Below the pieces are notes generated by a model. It did no database searches. It saw nothing but the letters and a program-made list of their open reading frames with translations, and was not told where the DNA came from. A stretch of DNA of 64,000 nucleotides from Octopus vulgaris (taxonomy: Eukaryota). The DNA is taken from assembly GCA_951406725.2 (NCBI GenBank), contig OX597829.1, positions 18,662,001-18,726,000 of the forward strand, in the 5' to 3' direction. Below, piece after piece: positions 25,732-37,584 of the stretch; within the stretch, counting starts at the first letter, position 1; every line of letters starts with the position of its first letter. The translations under genes were made by a program, and so were the position numbers.

Positions 25732-25986
25732 ATGTCAGATTGTACAATATATATGTAAGAAGTGTATTTGTGATATTTTGGCATTGAATGTATGGAAGAT
25801 TGTGAAAGGCAAGCACGTTCTGCGAACTTCAGCGAAACTGAGATGGAATCAATTTTCAGTTTCTGTTTGAAATTGCTTCAGTAAGTAACTGTAAGGCCAA
25901 TTTTTCTACCTTTGAGAAAGTCTTGATTGTCACAACATCCCATGTTTCTTTCTTTCACATATATCTGAGGGTGTGTGCTTATGTAT

Positions 25987-26263
25987 GTATGGCATAATGG
26001 TTAAGAGCGCGGGCTACTAAACCCAAGATTCTGAGTTCAATTCCAAGCAGTGACCTGAACAACAACAACAACAACAACAATAATAATAATAATAACATTG
26101 AAAAATACCTTAGGAATGAGAACCCAGGTTCGAAATTTCCCCAAGACACCTGATGAAGGCTGGAGGGTATATCAGCCAAAACGTGTTAACAACAAACAAA
26201 ATGAGGACAAATATCTGTCAAATGTAAATAACGTACATAATTCCTCATCTCTTGAATATAGAA
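25987..26263 (+). mobile_element. SINE family H: tRNA head + (AAC/AAT)n + hammerhead-containing 3' domain
   Basis: A box tggcataatggtt, B box gagttcaattcc, microsatellite linker, then gacacCTGATGAaggctg...cagcc(A)AAAcgtgtt; homologues at 16171, 18356, 29084 and 29405. Confidence 0.8.
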
Positions 26264-26349
26264 TTGAAATTAAAGTGGTTGAACTGGAAATCAAAAGTGG
26301 TTGTTTCCAAACTTGATTTGCAGATTACTTAATGAGATGATAATGATGA

Positions 26350-26560
26350 TGATGGTGAGCTGTGGAAGACTATGGCAAGAATTATTCCTGTAGCAATCGG
26401 TGCACTTGGTACAACACCTAAAATGCCAACTAAATTGACTGAAAGTGATTGGAATTGAGACTTGCATTGTTGACCTGCAAAAAGTACCTTCTTATATTCT
26501 GCAAGAATCCTAAAATAGATTCTTGAAATTTGAGGAAATCTGTTGTCACCAAACATTAGG
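26350..26560 (+). mobile_element. R4/Dong-clade (RLE) LINE 3' fragment
   Basis: LWKTMARIIPVAIGALGTTPK...LQK...SARIL...LEI*, the C-terminal signature of R4/Dong elements. Confidence 0.65.
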
Positions 26561-28370
26561 ATAAAATACCTGCTAATTAAATATGCATGTACAATTCTAA
26601 TAGTAATTAATAACGATGATGATTACTGTTATTTGCTATTAGGACAATGTGTGAGAAGACATTACAAAGACAAGTTTAAAAAATAAATGGCTGGGGTTTA
26701 TGCAAAATTGATTGTTAGAATAACAGCCATGGAAAATAATAGTATTGAAAAATGATGAAATATTATGTCCCAATAGGTGTGGGCTCAGCCAATCAAGGAA
26801 TGTTACAGATTCTGGATTGCTCTAATTACCAAGGGTAATGCTGGCCTCTCCCAACATTGTTCTCCTGGCTACAGGTACATACTGAGAATAAACCCATTCA
26901 CTTAATCATTCTCACTTTTCTCATTCATCTCCCTTTCAACAAATCCACTGAAGGGTAGCACTTTCCTCACTATTCTTACTTCCTCTCAATATTGAAGACA
27001 ATGATGAGGGCTTGGCCAAAGAGGCCACATGTTTACAGTATATCTTCTGGTTCTCTACATTCTGAGTTCAAATCCCACCTACCAAGAGAAGGCAACAGGA
27101 AACCATTTTAGTATTCATCCCAGGTAAAGTCATGGTAATCAAAGTTCCAGTAATCTACTTAATGGTAGCAGTGGAGGGTACAAGCCCTCCCAGGTCATAT
27201 AGAAAGCGCTGGAGGAGGTTCACATGCAGAGCATTGTAAATCTTTGTCATCATAGACAAAAGAAGAAAACAGGGTACCTTTCTTATCTAAATGAAGGCAA
27301 CATGGTAATCTTAAAAATGGATTTGGTTGCGAGCCACATTTATCCTGAGAGGAGTTGTTTGACATAACTCTACAAACCAGCAATGCCAAAGCAATGGTTG
27401 AGTGCATCCCAAATGGTTTTGTTATGCTACATACATCTTAGATAGTACTGCTTTATCTGTAGAATTTATTCTAAACCAGTAATGCTCCAAGTTAATGCTG
27501 TCAGTCAGGTAGGAATTTCCCAGGGTTATACATTATCCTCATTATGTAAAGTCTGTTTTATTGATATTTGTAAATGATATGATATTCCTTGAGAATATCA
27601 GTGCATTTATCTACACTAACCCTAGAGGGTTGATGCAAAGATTGCTGTACCATCATCCATGTTGCCTATTTGGTAAAGATTTGTAACAACCAAACAACAA
27701 TACAGATGACAGCTACCTAATCTCTACTGAAGTCATCAGCTCCATCAAAGAGACAAGCTGGTGACCACACCTGTTTGCTATATAAAAATCTCAGTAGATT
27801 CTGCAGCTTCAGTGAATGCTGTCACATCTTCAGGTCATGGTATACTGACCTCTCTGTGCAGTGAGTATTGGTAGGCAAATGGATCCTCTGACCTGTGGAA
27901 TATATCCCTTCTGTATAAGAAGCAAATGTACAAATACTCTCCAACTTGACCAACTGAAAACAGAGGCATGGCATAATGGCCAGGCAGTTATAAGAAGCAA
28001 CAATTATGGATATACTTGCTACTTCTGCCTAACTATTCAGAGTATCTTCTTTCCAGCTCATTTCTGAATGAGGCTGACCATTCTGTTTGTAATTTCGTTT
28101 CAGTTCCTCTCCACCTGGTGATCCAGCATGAATCAGATCCATAGCAGCTTAACAACAGTCTTAGTCTAGCACCCTGTGACTCAAGTGATATTTTATTTCA
28201 CGGTGCCTCAGTCCACTCAAATGTGAATGGGTAATCTTGTAGTAGACTGGCATTCTGTTCGATGTGACATCATTTGAAAGTTAAAAGTATCGACTAGACC
28301 ACAGGATGTTGTACATCACTGGTCACAATACACTTCATATTCTCTTTGCTTTTGAATGATGCTACTCTTA

Positions 28371-28710
28371 AGGTGCATGGCTCAGTGGTTCGAGCATCAG
28401 GCTTGCAATCATGAGGTAGTGAGTTCGGTTCTCAGATCAGACTGTATTGTGTTCTTGAGCAAGACACTTAATTTCATGTTGTTCCAGTTCACTCAGCTGT
28501 AGAAATGAGTCGCAACGTCACTGGTGCCAAGCTGTATCGGCCTTTGCCTTTCCCTTGGACAACATTGATGGTGTGCAGAGGAGAGGGTGGTATGCATGCG
28601 CAACTGCTGCTCTTCCATAAACAACCTTGCCCAGACTTGTGCCTCAGAGGGGAACTTTCTAGGTGCAGTCCCATGGTCATTCATGATTGATGGGTCGGGT
28701 CCTTACCCTT
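28371..28710 (+). mobile_element. SINE family C
   Basis: tRNA head, cttgagcaagacactt centre, cactcagctgtagaaatgagt motif; another copy at ~41100-41325 (-). Confidence 0.8.
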
Positions 28711-29083
28711 CTGACTTGGTTGGCAAATATATTTATATTGAGGTCACATGGCCTAGTGGCATCATGATTTCAATTTCAGGACCAGGTGGTGTCTTCTTGA
28801 ACAAAACACTTAATCTCAAATTGCTCTGCTATCACTTCAACAGGAAAGTGGCACACTATACACCTGTACAGGTAACAACAATTTAATGGAACAATTGAAC
28901 TGACATACAGCACATACATTTGATTACTATAAAACAAATTACTGCAGGCTTTTCAGCAAGAATTTGCAGAACTCTTTCTCAGACTACAAGATACTAACAT
29001 CTTCCATGTGTGTGTGTGTGTGTGTGTGTACGCACGCTGTGTGTTTGTATTTATATACGTTCACACATGACTGGAAGATTGTA

Positions 29084-29272
29084 CAGTTCTATGTTTAAGA
29101 GATGAGAATTATGTACATTATTTACATTTGACGGATATTTGTCCTCATCTTGTTTGTTATTAACACAATGTTTCAGCTGATATACCCTCCAGCCTTCATC
29201 AGGTGTCTTGGGGAAATTTCAAACCTGGGTTCTCATTCCTAAGGTATTTTCCCAATGTTGTTATTATTATTA

Positions 29273-29327
<55 letters not shown>

Positions 29328-29541
29328 TCACTACCTGGAATCGAGCTTGAAATTTTGGGGTTAGTATTCTGCGCTCTTAACCACTACACCACATGCCCGT
29401 GGGCATGAGAACCCAGGTTCGAAATTTCCCCAAGACATCTGATGAAAGCTGGAGGGTATATTAGCCGAAACATTGTGTTAACGACAAACAAGATGAGGAC
29501 AAATATCCGTCTATTGTAAATAATGTAAATAATGTACAAAA
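29084..29541. mobile_element. Inverted composite of SINE H (full copy on -, 3' fragment on +) inside one 12-bp TSD
   Basis: TSD tggaagattgta at 29072-29083 and 29542-29553; junction palindrome catgccc-gt-gggcatg at 29392-29407. Confidence 0.8.
29162..29207 (-). ncRNA. Minimal type I hammerhead ribozyme motif (Penelope type), slightly decayed
   Basis: GACAC CUGAUGA A GGCUG-gaggguauau-CAGCU GAAA CAUU GUGUU: stem I, stem II and both catalytic boxes present; the stem III palindrome AACGUU has decayed to AACAUU. Confidence 0.65.
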
Positions 29542-30233
29542 TGGAAGATTGTAGTTTCAATTCATGGACCAGGTGTGTATGGTGTCCTTGAGCAAAACAC
29601 TTCATCTCATGTTGCTCTACAGTCACTTTGACACCTGATGCATAGTACACTGTTCACCTATTCAGGTGACGTCAATTTGATGGAAGGTGTGGACTAATGA
29701 ATGGCATGAACATCTGATCAATATAAACCAGGGGTGGGGAAGCTTTTTAGAGCAGCAGGCAAAAATTTCCTAAGAAAATGGTCTGCTTTTCTGGAGTCAG
29801 CACATTTGGCTAACAAAATTCTTCAAGGCGGTGCCCCTACATGGTCGCAGTCTAATGATTGAAACGAGTAAAAGATTTAGTCATACAAAGATGTATACAA
29901 ACCTACTCATAGACTCTCTAGTATTTACACATGTAAATAATTACAAATATACTGATACATTAATAGAAGTTGTTGGAATGAAATTCCTAACAAGTGAATT
30001 AATTATGTTGCGAGAGGTAATACAAGGGAGATAAGCTGTAATCAAAATCACCTGATGATAAGAAGACTGAAAAGAAAAACAAGTTAGCCTGTAAAAAATG
30101 TTTATGCTTGCTAGTTTTCAATATACTAAATACAAATACAATAAATAAGGAAATAGACTAGAATTAATTTGTAGAAAAATGTTCAGAGTAGGCAAGAATT
30201 GAAAAGAAAAACATTTTGTAAATGAACAAATAT

Positions 30234-30628
30234 TACTCTCTTTTACTTGTTTCAGTCATTTGACTGCGGCCATGCTGAAGCACCGCCTTTAATCGAGCAA
30301 CTCGACCCCGGGACTTATTCTTTTGTAAGCCCAGTACTTATTCTATCGATCTCTTTTGCCGAACCGCTAAGTGACGGGGACATAAACACACCAGCATCGG
30401 TTGTCAAGCAATGCTAGGGGGACAAACACACACACACATACAAATATATATATATACATATATACGACGGGCTTCTTTCAGTTTCCATCTACCAAATCCA
30501 CTCACAAGGCTTTGGTCGGCCCAAGGCTATAGTAGAAGACACTTGCCCAAGGTGCCACGCAGTGGGACTGAATCCGGAACCATGTGGTTGGTAGACAGGC
30601 TACTTACCACACAGCCACTCCTGTGCCT
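30234..30628 (-). mobile_element. SINE family A
   Basis: Full-length, low divergence. Confidence 0.9.
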
Positions 30629-30868
30629 ACTGTTTATTTTTTTTTTTTTAAATGGAATAATGTTTGTGTAGTGAAACATGTGTAGTCTAACGTGCAAGTA
30701 AATGGATAGATAGATTTATCAGAACATGTATTTTTACGTACAAGTGTGTATGCCTGTGTATAGATAGATAAATAGATACACACACACGTTTATATGTATA
30801 CATATAAACATATAATCTCCGCACTCGATATAGTGGGTTCCTGTAAAAAAAAAGCCAAAAAATCCCAA

Positions 30869-30904
<36 letters not shown>

Positions 30905-31032
30905 ACAGCCGAAATTGTGAGGATGATCCGGTTCTTGACTGAAGATTGAAGGCTTCGAATGTCCCGTCCATGTTTTTTTTTGTATCGTCTTCTAAATGTT
31001 TTGCGTTCTTGTCCCAGTTTGTATTTCTTTAC

Positions 31033-31087
<55 letters not shown>

Positions 31088-31301
31088 TATACACACATAT
31101 ACACACACACATGTGTATCTGTATGTATCTCTCTCTTTATTTGTCTATCTATATACTATGTATGTATATACATATGTATGTATGTATGTATGTATGTATG
31201 TGTCTGTATATTCATATATATATGCTCACAAACTTACATACATACACACATAAATACACACACACACAACACACTCACACAAACACACAAACACACACAC
31301 A

Positions 31302-31355
<54 letters not shown>

Positions 31356-31633
31356 TGTATCAGGGTCGAAATAGAGAGGGAATGCTTAGATAATTCTTTT
31401 ATCTTTGACTGATGGTGAAAACCTGGTTGCCAGTATTAAGAAAAAAAAACAAAACAACCCCCCTAAAAAAAACGGAAAAAATAAAAAACAAGGGAAAATA
31501 ATGTAAATACTTAACTTTTTATCAGGCTTGTTTGTTTATTTATTTATTTATTTATATATTTATTTAACATGGGTGTTTCTAGATAGAGGTAGTACAAGAT
31601 TTTTTAGAATTTCTGTTTATATAACTTTATATA

Positions 31634-31798
31634 GGCGCAGTAGTGGCTGTGTGGTAAGTAGCTTGCTAACCAACCACATGGTTGCGGGTTCAGTCCCACT
31701 GCGTGGCATCTTGGGCAAGTGTCTTCTGCTATAGCCCCGGGCCGACCAATGTCTTGTGAGTGGATTTGGTAGACGGAAACTGAATGAAGCCTGTCGTA

Positions 31799-31843
<45 letters not shown>

Positions 31844-32058
31844 TTGTGTGTCTGTGTTTGTTCCCCTAGCATTGCTTGACAACCGATGCTGGTGTGTTTA
31901 CGTCCCCGTCACTTAGCGGTTCAGCAAAAGAGACCGATAGAATAAGTACTGGGCTTACAAAGAATAAGTCCCGGGGTCAATTTGATCGACTAAAGGCGGT
32001 GCTCCAGCATGGCCACAGTCAAATGACTGAAACAAGTAAAAGAGTAAAGAGTAAGAGT
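31634..32058 (+). mobile_element. SINE family A
   Basis: Full-length, low divergence. Confidence 0.9.
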
Positions 32059-32329
32059 ATATATCTGCTAGTCCCCTTTGTTCTAAACTTCTTGGTTTGA
32101 TGATGTAAAAATATATCCTTGGACATTCTAAAATGGATAAAGATCTTTCATGAGACACCAGTCCATTTCAGCAAATACTCATTTTTTTGTCAGCAGAGTG
32201 AACTGGAGCAACTAGAAGTGTCTTGTTCAAGAGTACAATACATCGGTCAGTCCAGGAATTGAAACTACAATCTTATGATCATGAATTCAACAACTTAACA
32301 ACTAAACAACATGCCCCCATTGGACATTC

Positions 32330-32942
32330 TAACCTTTTGGCGTTTAGATGACTCTGTCAAATGTAATGCTTATTTATTCACATTGCTTTGAATTAATCAT
32401 GAATTATATCATAGCTTTGAGATTACAATGATATGATTACTCTTTACTCGTTTCAGTCATTTGACTGTGGCCATGCTGGAGCATCACCTTTAGTCGAGCA
32501 AATTGACCCCGGGACTTATTCTTTGTAAGCTTAGTACTTATTCTATCGGTCTCTTTTGCTAAACTGCTAAGTTACGGGGACATAAACACACCAGCATCGG
32601 TTGTCAAGCAATGTTGGGGGTACAAACACACACACATACACGTATATATATACAACGGGCTTCTTTCAGTTTCCGTCTACCAAATCCACTCACAAGGCTT
32701 TAGTCAGCCCGAGGCTATAGTAGAAGACACTTGCCCAAGATGCCACGCAGTGGGACTGAACCCGGAACCATGTGGTTGGTAAGCAAGCTACTTACCACAC
32801 AGCCCCTCTTGTGCCTGTATATTGTTTATTTTTAGAATGACAATGTAGAGTAGGTGTGAGAAGCTGGACATGACCAATTTGAACAAAAAGCAGATAGAAT
32901 TTTGGGGCCAGATATGGCCTGGTTTGAATAATAAATGGTTAA
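32330..32942. mobile_element. MITE P2 interrupted by SINE A (32438-32817, -)
   Basis: Left and right halves match the P2 copies at 19818 and 48190. Confidence 0.7.
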
Positions 32943-34005
32943 AGAATAGAAAATGGAACCATGTGGTTGGGAGAACAGGAAAGTGATTGAAGGAGATGGT
33001 ATGAGTTAATATCTATGCATTTATAAATACTGGTTTCACATTTTGGCACAATGCCAGCAAATTTGGGAAGGTGGTGTTGGTGGTGGTGGTGGTGGGGTGT
33101 GTGTTGATTATATTTGACCCCAATATTCAACTCCTTTCAACTCCAAAAGGATGAAAGATTAAAGTCTGCCCCAGCTGTATTTGAACTCAGAACGTAATGT
33201 TGGAAGAAATGCCACAAGGCATTTTGTCTAGCATCCAAACACTTCTGTCAGCTCAACACCTTATCCATGTATAGATATTAATGCATGTGTGTGTGTGTGT
33301 GTGTGTGTGTGCATCTTTGTGTCTGTGTTTATCTCCCCATCACTACTTGATAGTTACTGTTTGTTTGTTTATGTCCTTGTAACTTAGCAGTCCGGCAAAA
33401 GAGAGTGACGGAATAAGTACTAGGTTGACAAAAAAAAAAAAAAGTCCTGAGGTCAAATTGTTCAACAAATTGACCTGAGATCAAATTGTTCAACACTTCA
33501 GGGTGGTGCTCCAGCATGGCCGCATTCAAATGACTGAAACATATAAAAGAATAAAAGAATATGTATGTATGTATGTCACATGCAGACATTATGCATGTAT
33601 AGCTATAAACTTAGCCCCTCTTCTTCAGTTACTTTCTCCCTTTCATTTTCTCTCTCTCTCCTTCTCTCCCTCTCTATCTCATACACAGAGCACATCAAAA
33701 AGTTTTCAGTTTCTGAGAAAGAGATCACTGAACTTGATAATGATCTGCATAGCTGCCAGCTGGCTTAAGTTGTTTCTCTATGCTATTTTTAAACCAAGTG
33801 CTGTATTCTCTGACTAGATATCTACCCCCACCATTACAGTATGAAGGTAGTGGTGGTGGTAATGGTGGTGGTGGTGGTGGCAGCGGTAGTGATGGTTGTA
33901 GTGGTGGTGGCAAATATTTTTGTTGTTGTTTACTTCCAGATCAGTTTTGTTTGATTAAAGTGTTTCAGACTTGACTATGCTACCTTTTTGTCTATCAAGA
34001 GCTAC

Positions 34006-34052
<47 letters not shown>

Positions 34053-34115
34053 TCTTTTACTTGTTTCAGTCATGTGACTGTGGCCATGCTGGAGCACTGT
34101 CTTTAGTCGAGCAAA

Positions 34116-34171
<56 letters not shown>

Positions 34172-34582
34172 TATATACACATACATACATAGACATATAC
34201 ATGGCTGTGTGGTAAGAAATTTGCTTCCTATGGTTCTGATTTAAGTCGCACTGTGTAGCACCTTGGGCAAATGTCTTCGACTATAACTTCAAACCAACCG
34301 AAGCCTTGCTAGTGAGTTTGGCAGACAGAAACACAAAGAAGCCCATTGTATGTGTGTGTGTGTGTGTGTCCCACCACCACTTTACAACCAGTGTTCGTGT
34401 GTTTATGTGTCTATAACTTAGTGCTTTGGCAAAAGAGGCTGATAAAATATGTTCCAGGCTTAAAAAGAAAATAATTATTAGGGTGGTTGATTCATTTATC
34501 TAAAAATTGTTCCAGGCAGAACCCTAGCATGGCGACAGTCTAACAACTGAAACAACTAAAAGTCAACGGATAAAAGAGATAT

Positions 34583-34624
<42 letters not shown>

Positions 34625-34639
34625 ATATAGATATATAGT

Positions 34640-35060
34640 TCATACATGAGATCCAGATATTCTCTGTATAGAATACACCTTGTAGTGCCTCAACAGGTTT
34701 AAACTTGAGCAGGTATAGCAGTGAATGCCAAGATAAGCAAATGAGACAGATCAATACATTAAGTATATTAAATACAAGAAATTCAAAAAATGTATTTATG
34801 CTTAACACCTCAAATGTAAGGTCGCTTCCCTGAAGATGGAGGCTTGTCTCATCATACGATGGACTCAATCCACAAATACTATTTTGGACCACCAAGCTCC
34901 CAGGAAGAGCTGTTAGATTTGTAATATTTTTCCTCAACCCCCTTTAATTCTCTGTATTATTTGTATTCTGTGTAAGTCAGAGTTTTTTGTATGTAAACCT
35001 ATACACATTTTTTGTGTTTCATGTATTTAATATATTTTATGTTGATCTGTCTAACACACT
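34640..35060 (+). mobile_element. Possible Penelope-like 3' remnant
   Basis: Decayed coding-like stretch followed by cCTGAAGAtgg and an AT-rich tail; heavily degenerate. Confidence 0.3.
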
Positions 35061-35174
35061 TATCCCTACATTTCCTTATTTATATAAATATAAATAGATA
35101 GATAGATAGACATACATTTTGTGCACATGCAAACACATATCTTTGTTTTAAAACGCCAGATTAGAATTTAACTG

Positions 35175-36070
35175 TTTAGTATTTAATCCAGCCATATCCA
35201 GTCTAAATATTCACACTGACGTTCTGTGGCATTTTGGGCAAGTGTCTTCTGCTATAGCCCCGGGCCGACCAATCCTTGTGAGTGGATTCGGTAGACGGAA
35301 ACTGAAAGAAGCCTGTCGTATATATGTATATATATATATATATGTATGTGTGTGTATATGTTTGTGTGTCTGTGTTTGTCCCCCCTAGCATTGCTTGACA
35401 ACCGATGCTGGTGTGTGTACGTCCCCGTCACTTAGCGGTTCGGCAAAAGAGTCCGATAGAATAAGTACTGGGCTCACAAAGAATAAGTTCCGGGGTCGAT
35501 TTGCTCGACTAAAGGCGGTGCTCCAGCATGGCCGCAGTCAAATGACTGAAACAAGTAGAAAGAGTAAAAGAGTAAATCACATCATTGAAACCTCAAAGCT
35601 ATAAGATAATGCATGATTAATTCAAAACAATTTGAATAAAATAATATGTGCAGGAGTGGTTGTGTGGTAAGTAACATGGTCCCTGGTTCAATCCCACTGC
35701 GTGGCACCTTGGGCAAGTGTCTTCTACTATAGCCTCAGGCCGACCTAAGTTTTGTGAATGGATTTGGTAGACACAAACTGAAAGAAGCCCGTCGTATGTA
35801 CATATATGTACATATATGTGTGTGTGTATGTTTGTCTCCCTAGCATCGCTTGGCAACCAATGCTGGTGTGGTTATGTCTCCGTCACTCAATGGTTCGGTA
35901 TAAGATACCGACAGAATAAGTACTAGACTTACAAAGAATAAGTCCCGGGGTCGATTTGTTTTTGACTAAAGGCGGTGCTCCAGCATGGCCGCAGTCAAAT
36001 GACTGAAACAAGTAAAAGAGTAAGAGTAAAGAGAGTATTTAACAGAGTGATTTGAAAGCTACAGGGTTAA
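35175..36070. mobile_element. MITE P2 (reverse) interrupted by two SINE A copies (35225-35575 and 35648-36036, +)
   Basis: P2 pieces at 35175-35220, 35575-35645 and 36037-36070, ending gggTTAA. Confidence 0.7.
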
Positions 36071-37096
36071 AGTTTTACCTCCTCATTCCAGCAAATCATC
36101 TGACTCCCGCAATCTATTACGCGATTGACTCGTTCAATGAAATTCATTGCTTCAAATAGATTTCAGTCATAAACTTTAGTTTCTTTCCTTACTCGACGAC
36201 GATGATGGTGGTGGTAGTGGTGGCAGCAGCAGTATTTTTTAACTCTTTGAGTGTATACTTTGAATTACTTCAAGGGACATAACTCTAACTTAAAAAAGGA
36301 TGAGTTACTCTCCTTTATTTTGGTTACATACTGCGAAACACTTTGCTGGTAGATAAGTATTATTTTTTTAGAAAATGAGTTATGCACCTTAGTTTTGGTT
36401 ATATACATCCATCCCATTCTTATTGACAGTAATATGTCGGTCAATTGATTCAATATTTGGTTTCAACTTTCATTAGTTAGCAACCCTTCCATTTTTATTT
36501 TCCTTGCTCTCCGGAAAGGCATGAACATTAAAAATTCTATTTATCTTTTATAAATACCTTTAAAAAAAATCATTTATGAAGCAGTCATCGTCACAATGAT
36601 GGGTGTGGGTATGATAAAGTGACGGTGATGATGATGATAATCATGATCATGATGGTACTGAAGGTTAATTTCCTCGTGTTCAGAGTTCAATTCTTGTCGT
36701 AAATGACTTTGTCTTCCACCTCAGATTTGAGAGAATATAAATTTGCTACAAATATGCCGATGTATGCATATATATGTAAGTACAGATCACCACCCTCATC
36801 GTTGTCCTCTTCCTCTTCCACCACTACTACCATCATCATTATCATCATCGTTATCATCGTCATCGTCGTGTTAACCACCACTTTTCCATGCTTGCATGGG
36901 TCAGACGAAATTTGTTGAGGTTTATTTTCTTTAGGCTGGATGCCCTTCCTATCACCAACCCTCACCTGTTTCCAAGCAAGGTAATATCTCACCTTGGCCA
37001 GACATATTTTTATGGAAAACTGAAAACAAAGACAACACTTGCATGATGGTAACACTTAATTACTGCTATCACATGATGTCAAGGCAAGGAGACAAT

Positions 37097-37129
<33 letters not shown>

Positions 37130-37584
37130 TATCATCATCTTTCATTGCCCATGTTGCTATGGATTAGACAGTTTGAGCTGGCCAGCTGAGTAGTCTGCTT
37201 TAACATGGTTTCTACAGCTGGATGCCCTTCCTAACACCAACCACTTTACAGAGTGTGCTGGCTGCTTTTACATGACACTGCATGAGTGCTATTATGTGGC
37301 AAGAGTGCTTTTTGCATGGCACTGCAGAAGCACTATTACTTGACACTGACACTGGCACTGAACCCTTGCAGGCCAATGCTCTTCCCCAGGGAGGGTGGCT
37401 TTGACATTTCTGCTGTTGTGTACTCATCTTCTTGCGTACAGCATCTCAGTCCTTTGTCACCTCATCTGAAAGGTTCAGTGTCCTGAAGTCATCCTTCAGT
37501 GCTTCATCCATCATCCTTCAGCACTCTGTCCGTCATCCTTCAGCACTTTGTCTGTCGTCCATCACCCTTCAGTACTTCATCTGA

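Noticed and set aside
30905-30970. Hammerhead-like words (cagccGAAAtt, CTGAAGA)
   Set aside because: Order and pairing could not be assembled into a valid core; the upstream part is replaced by (TA)n
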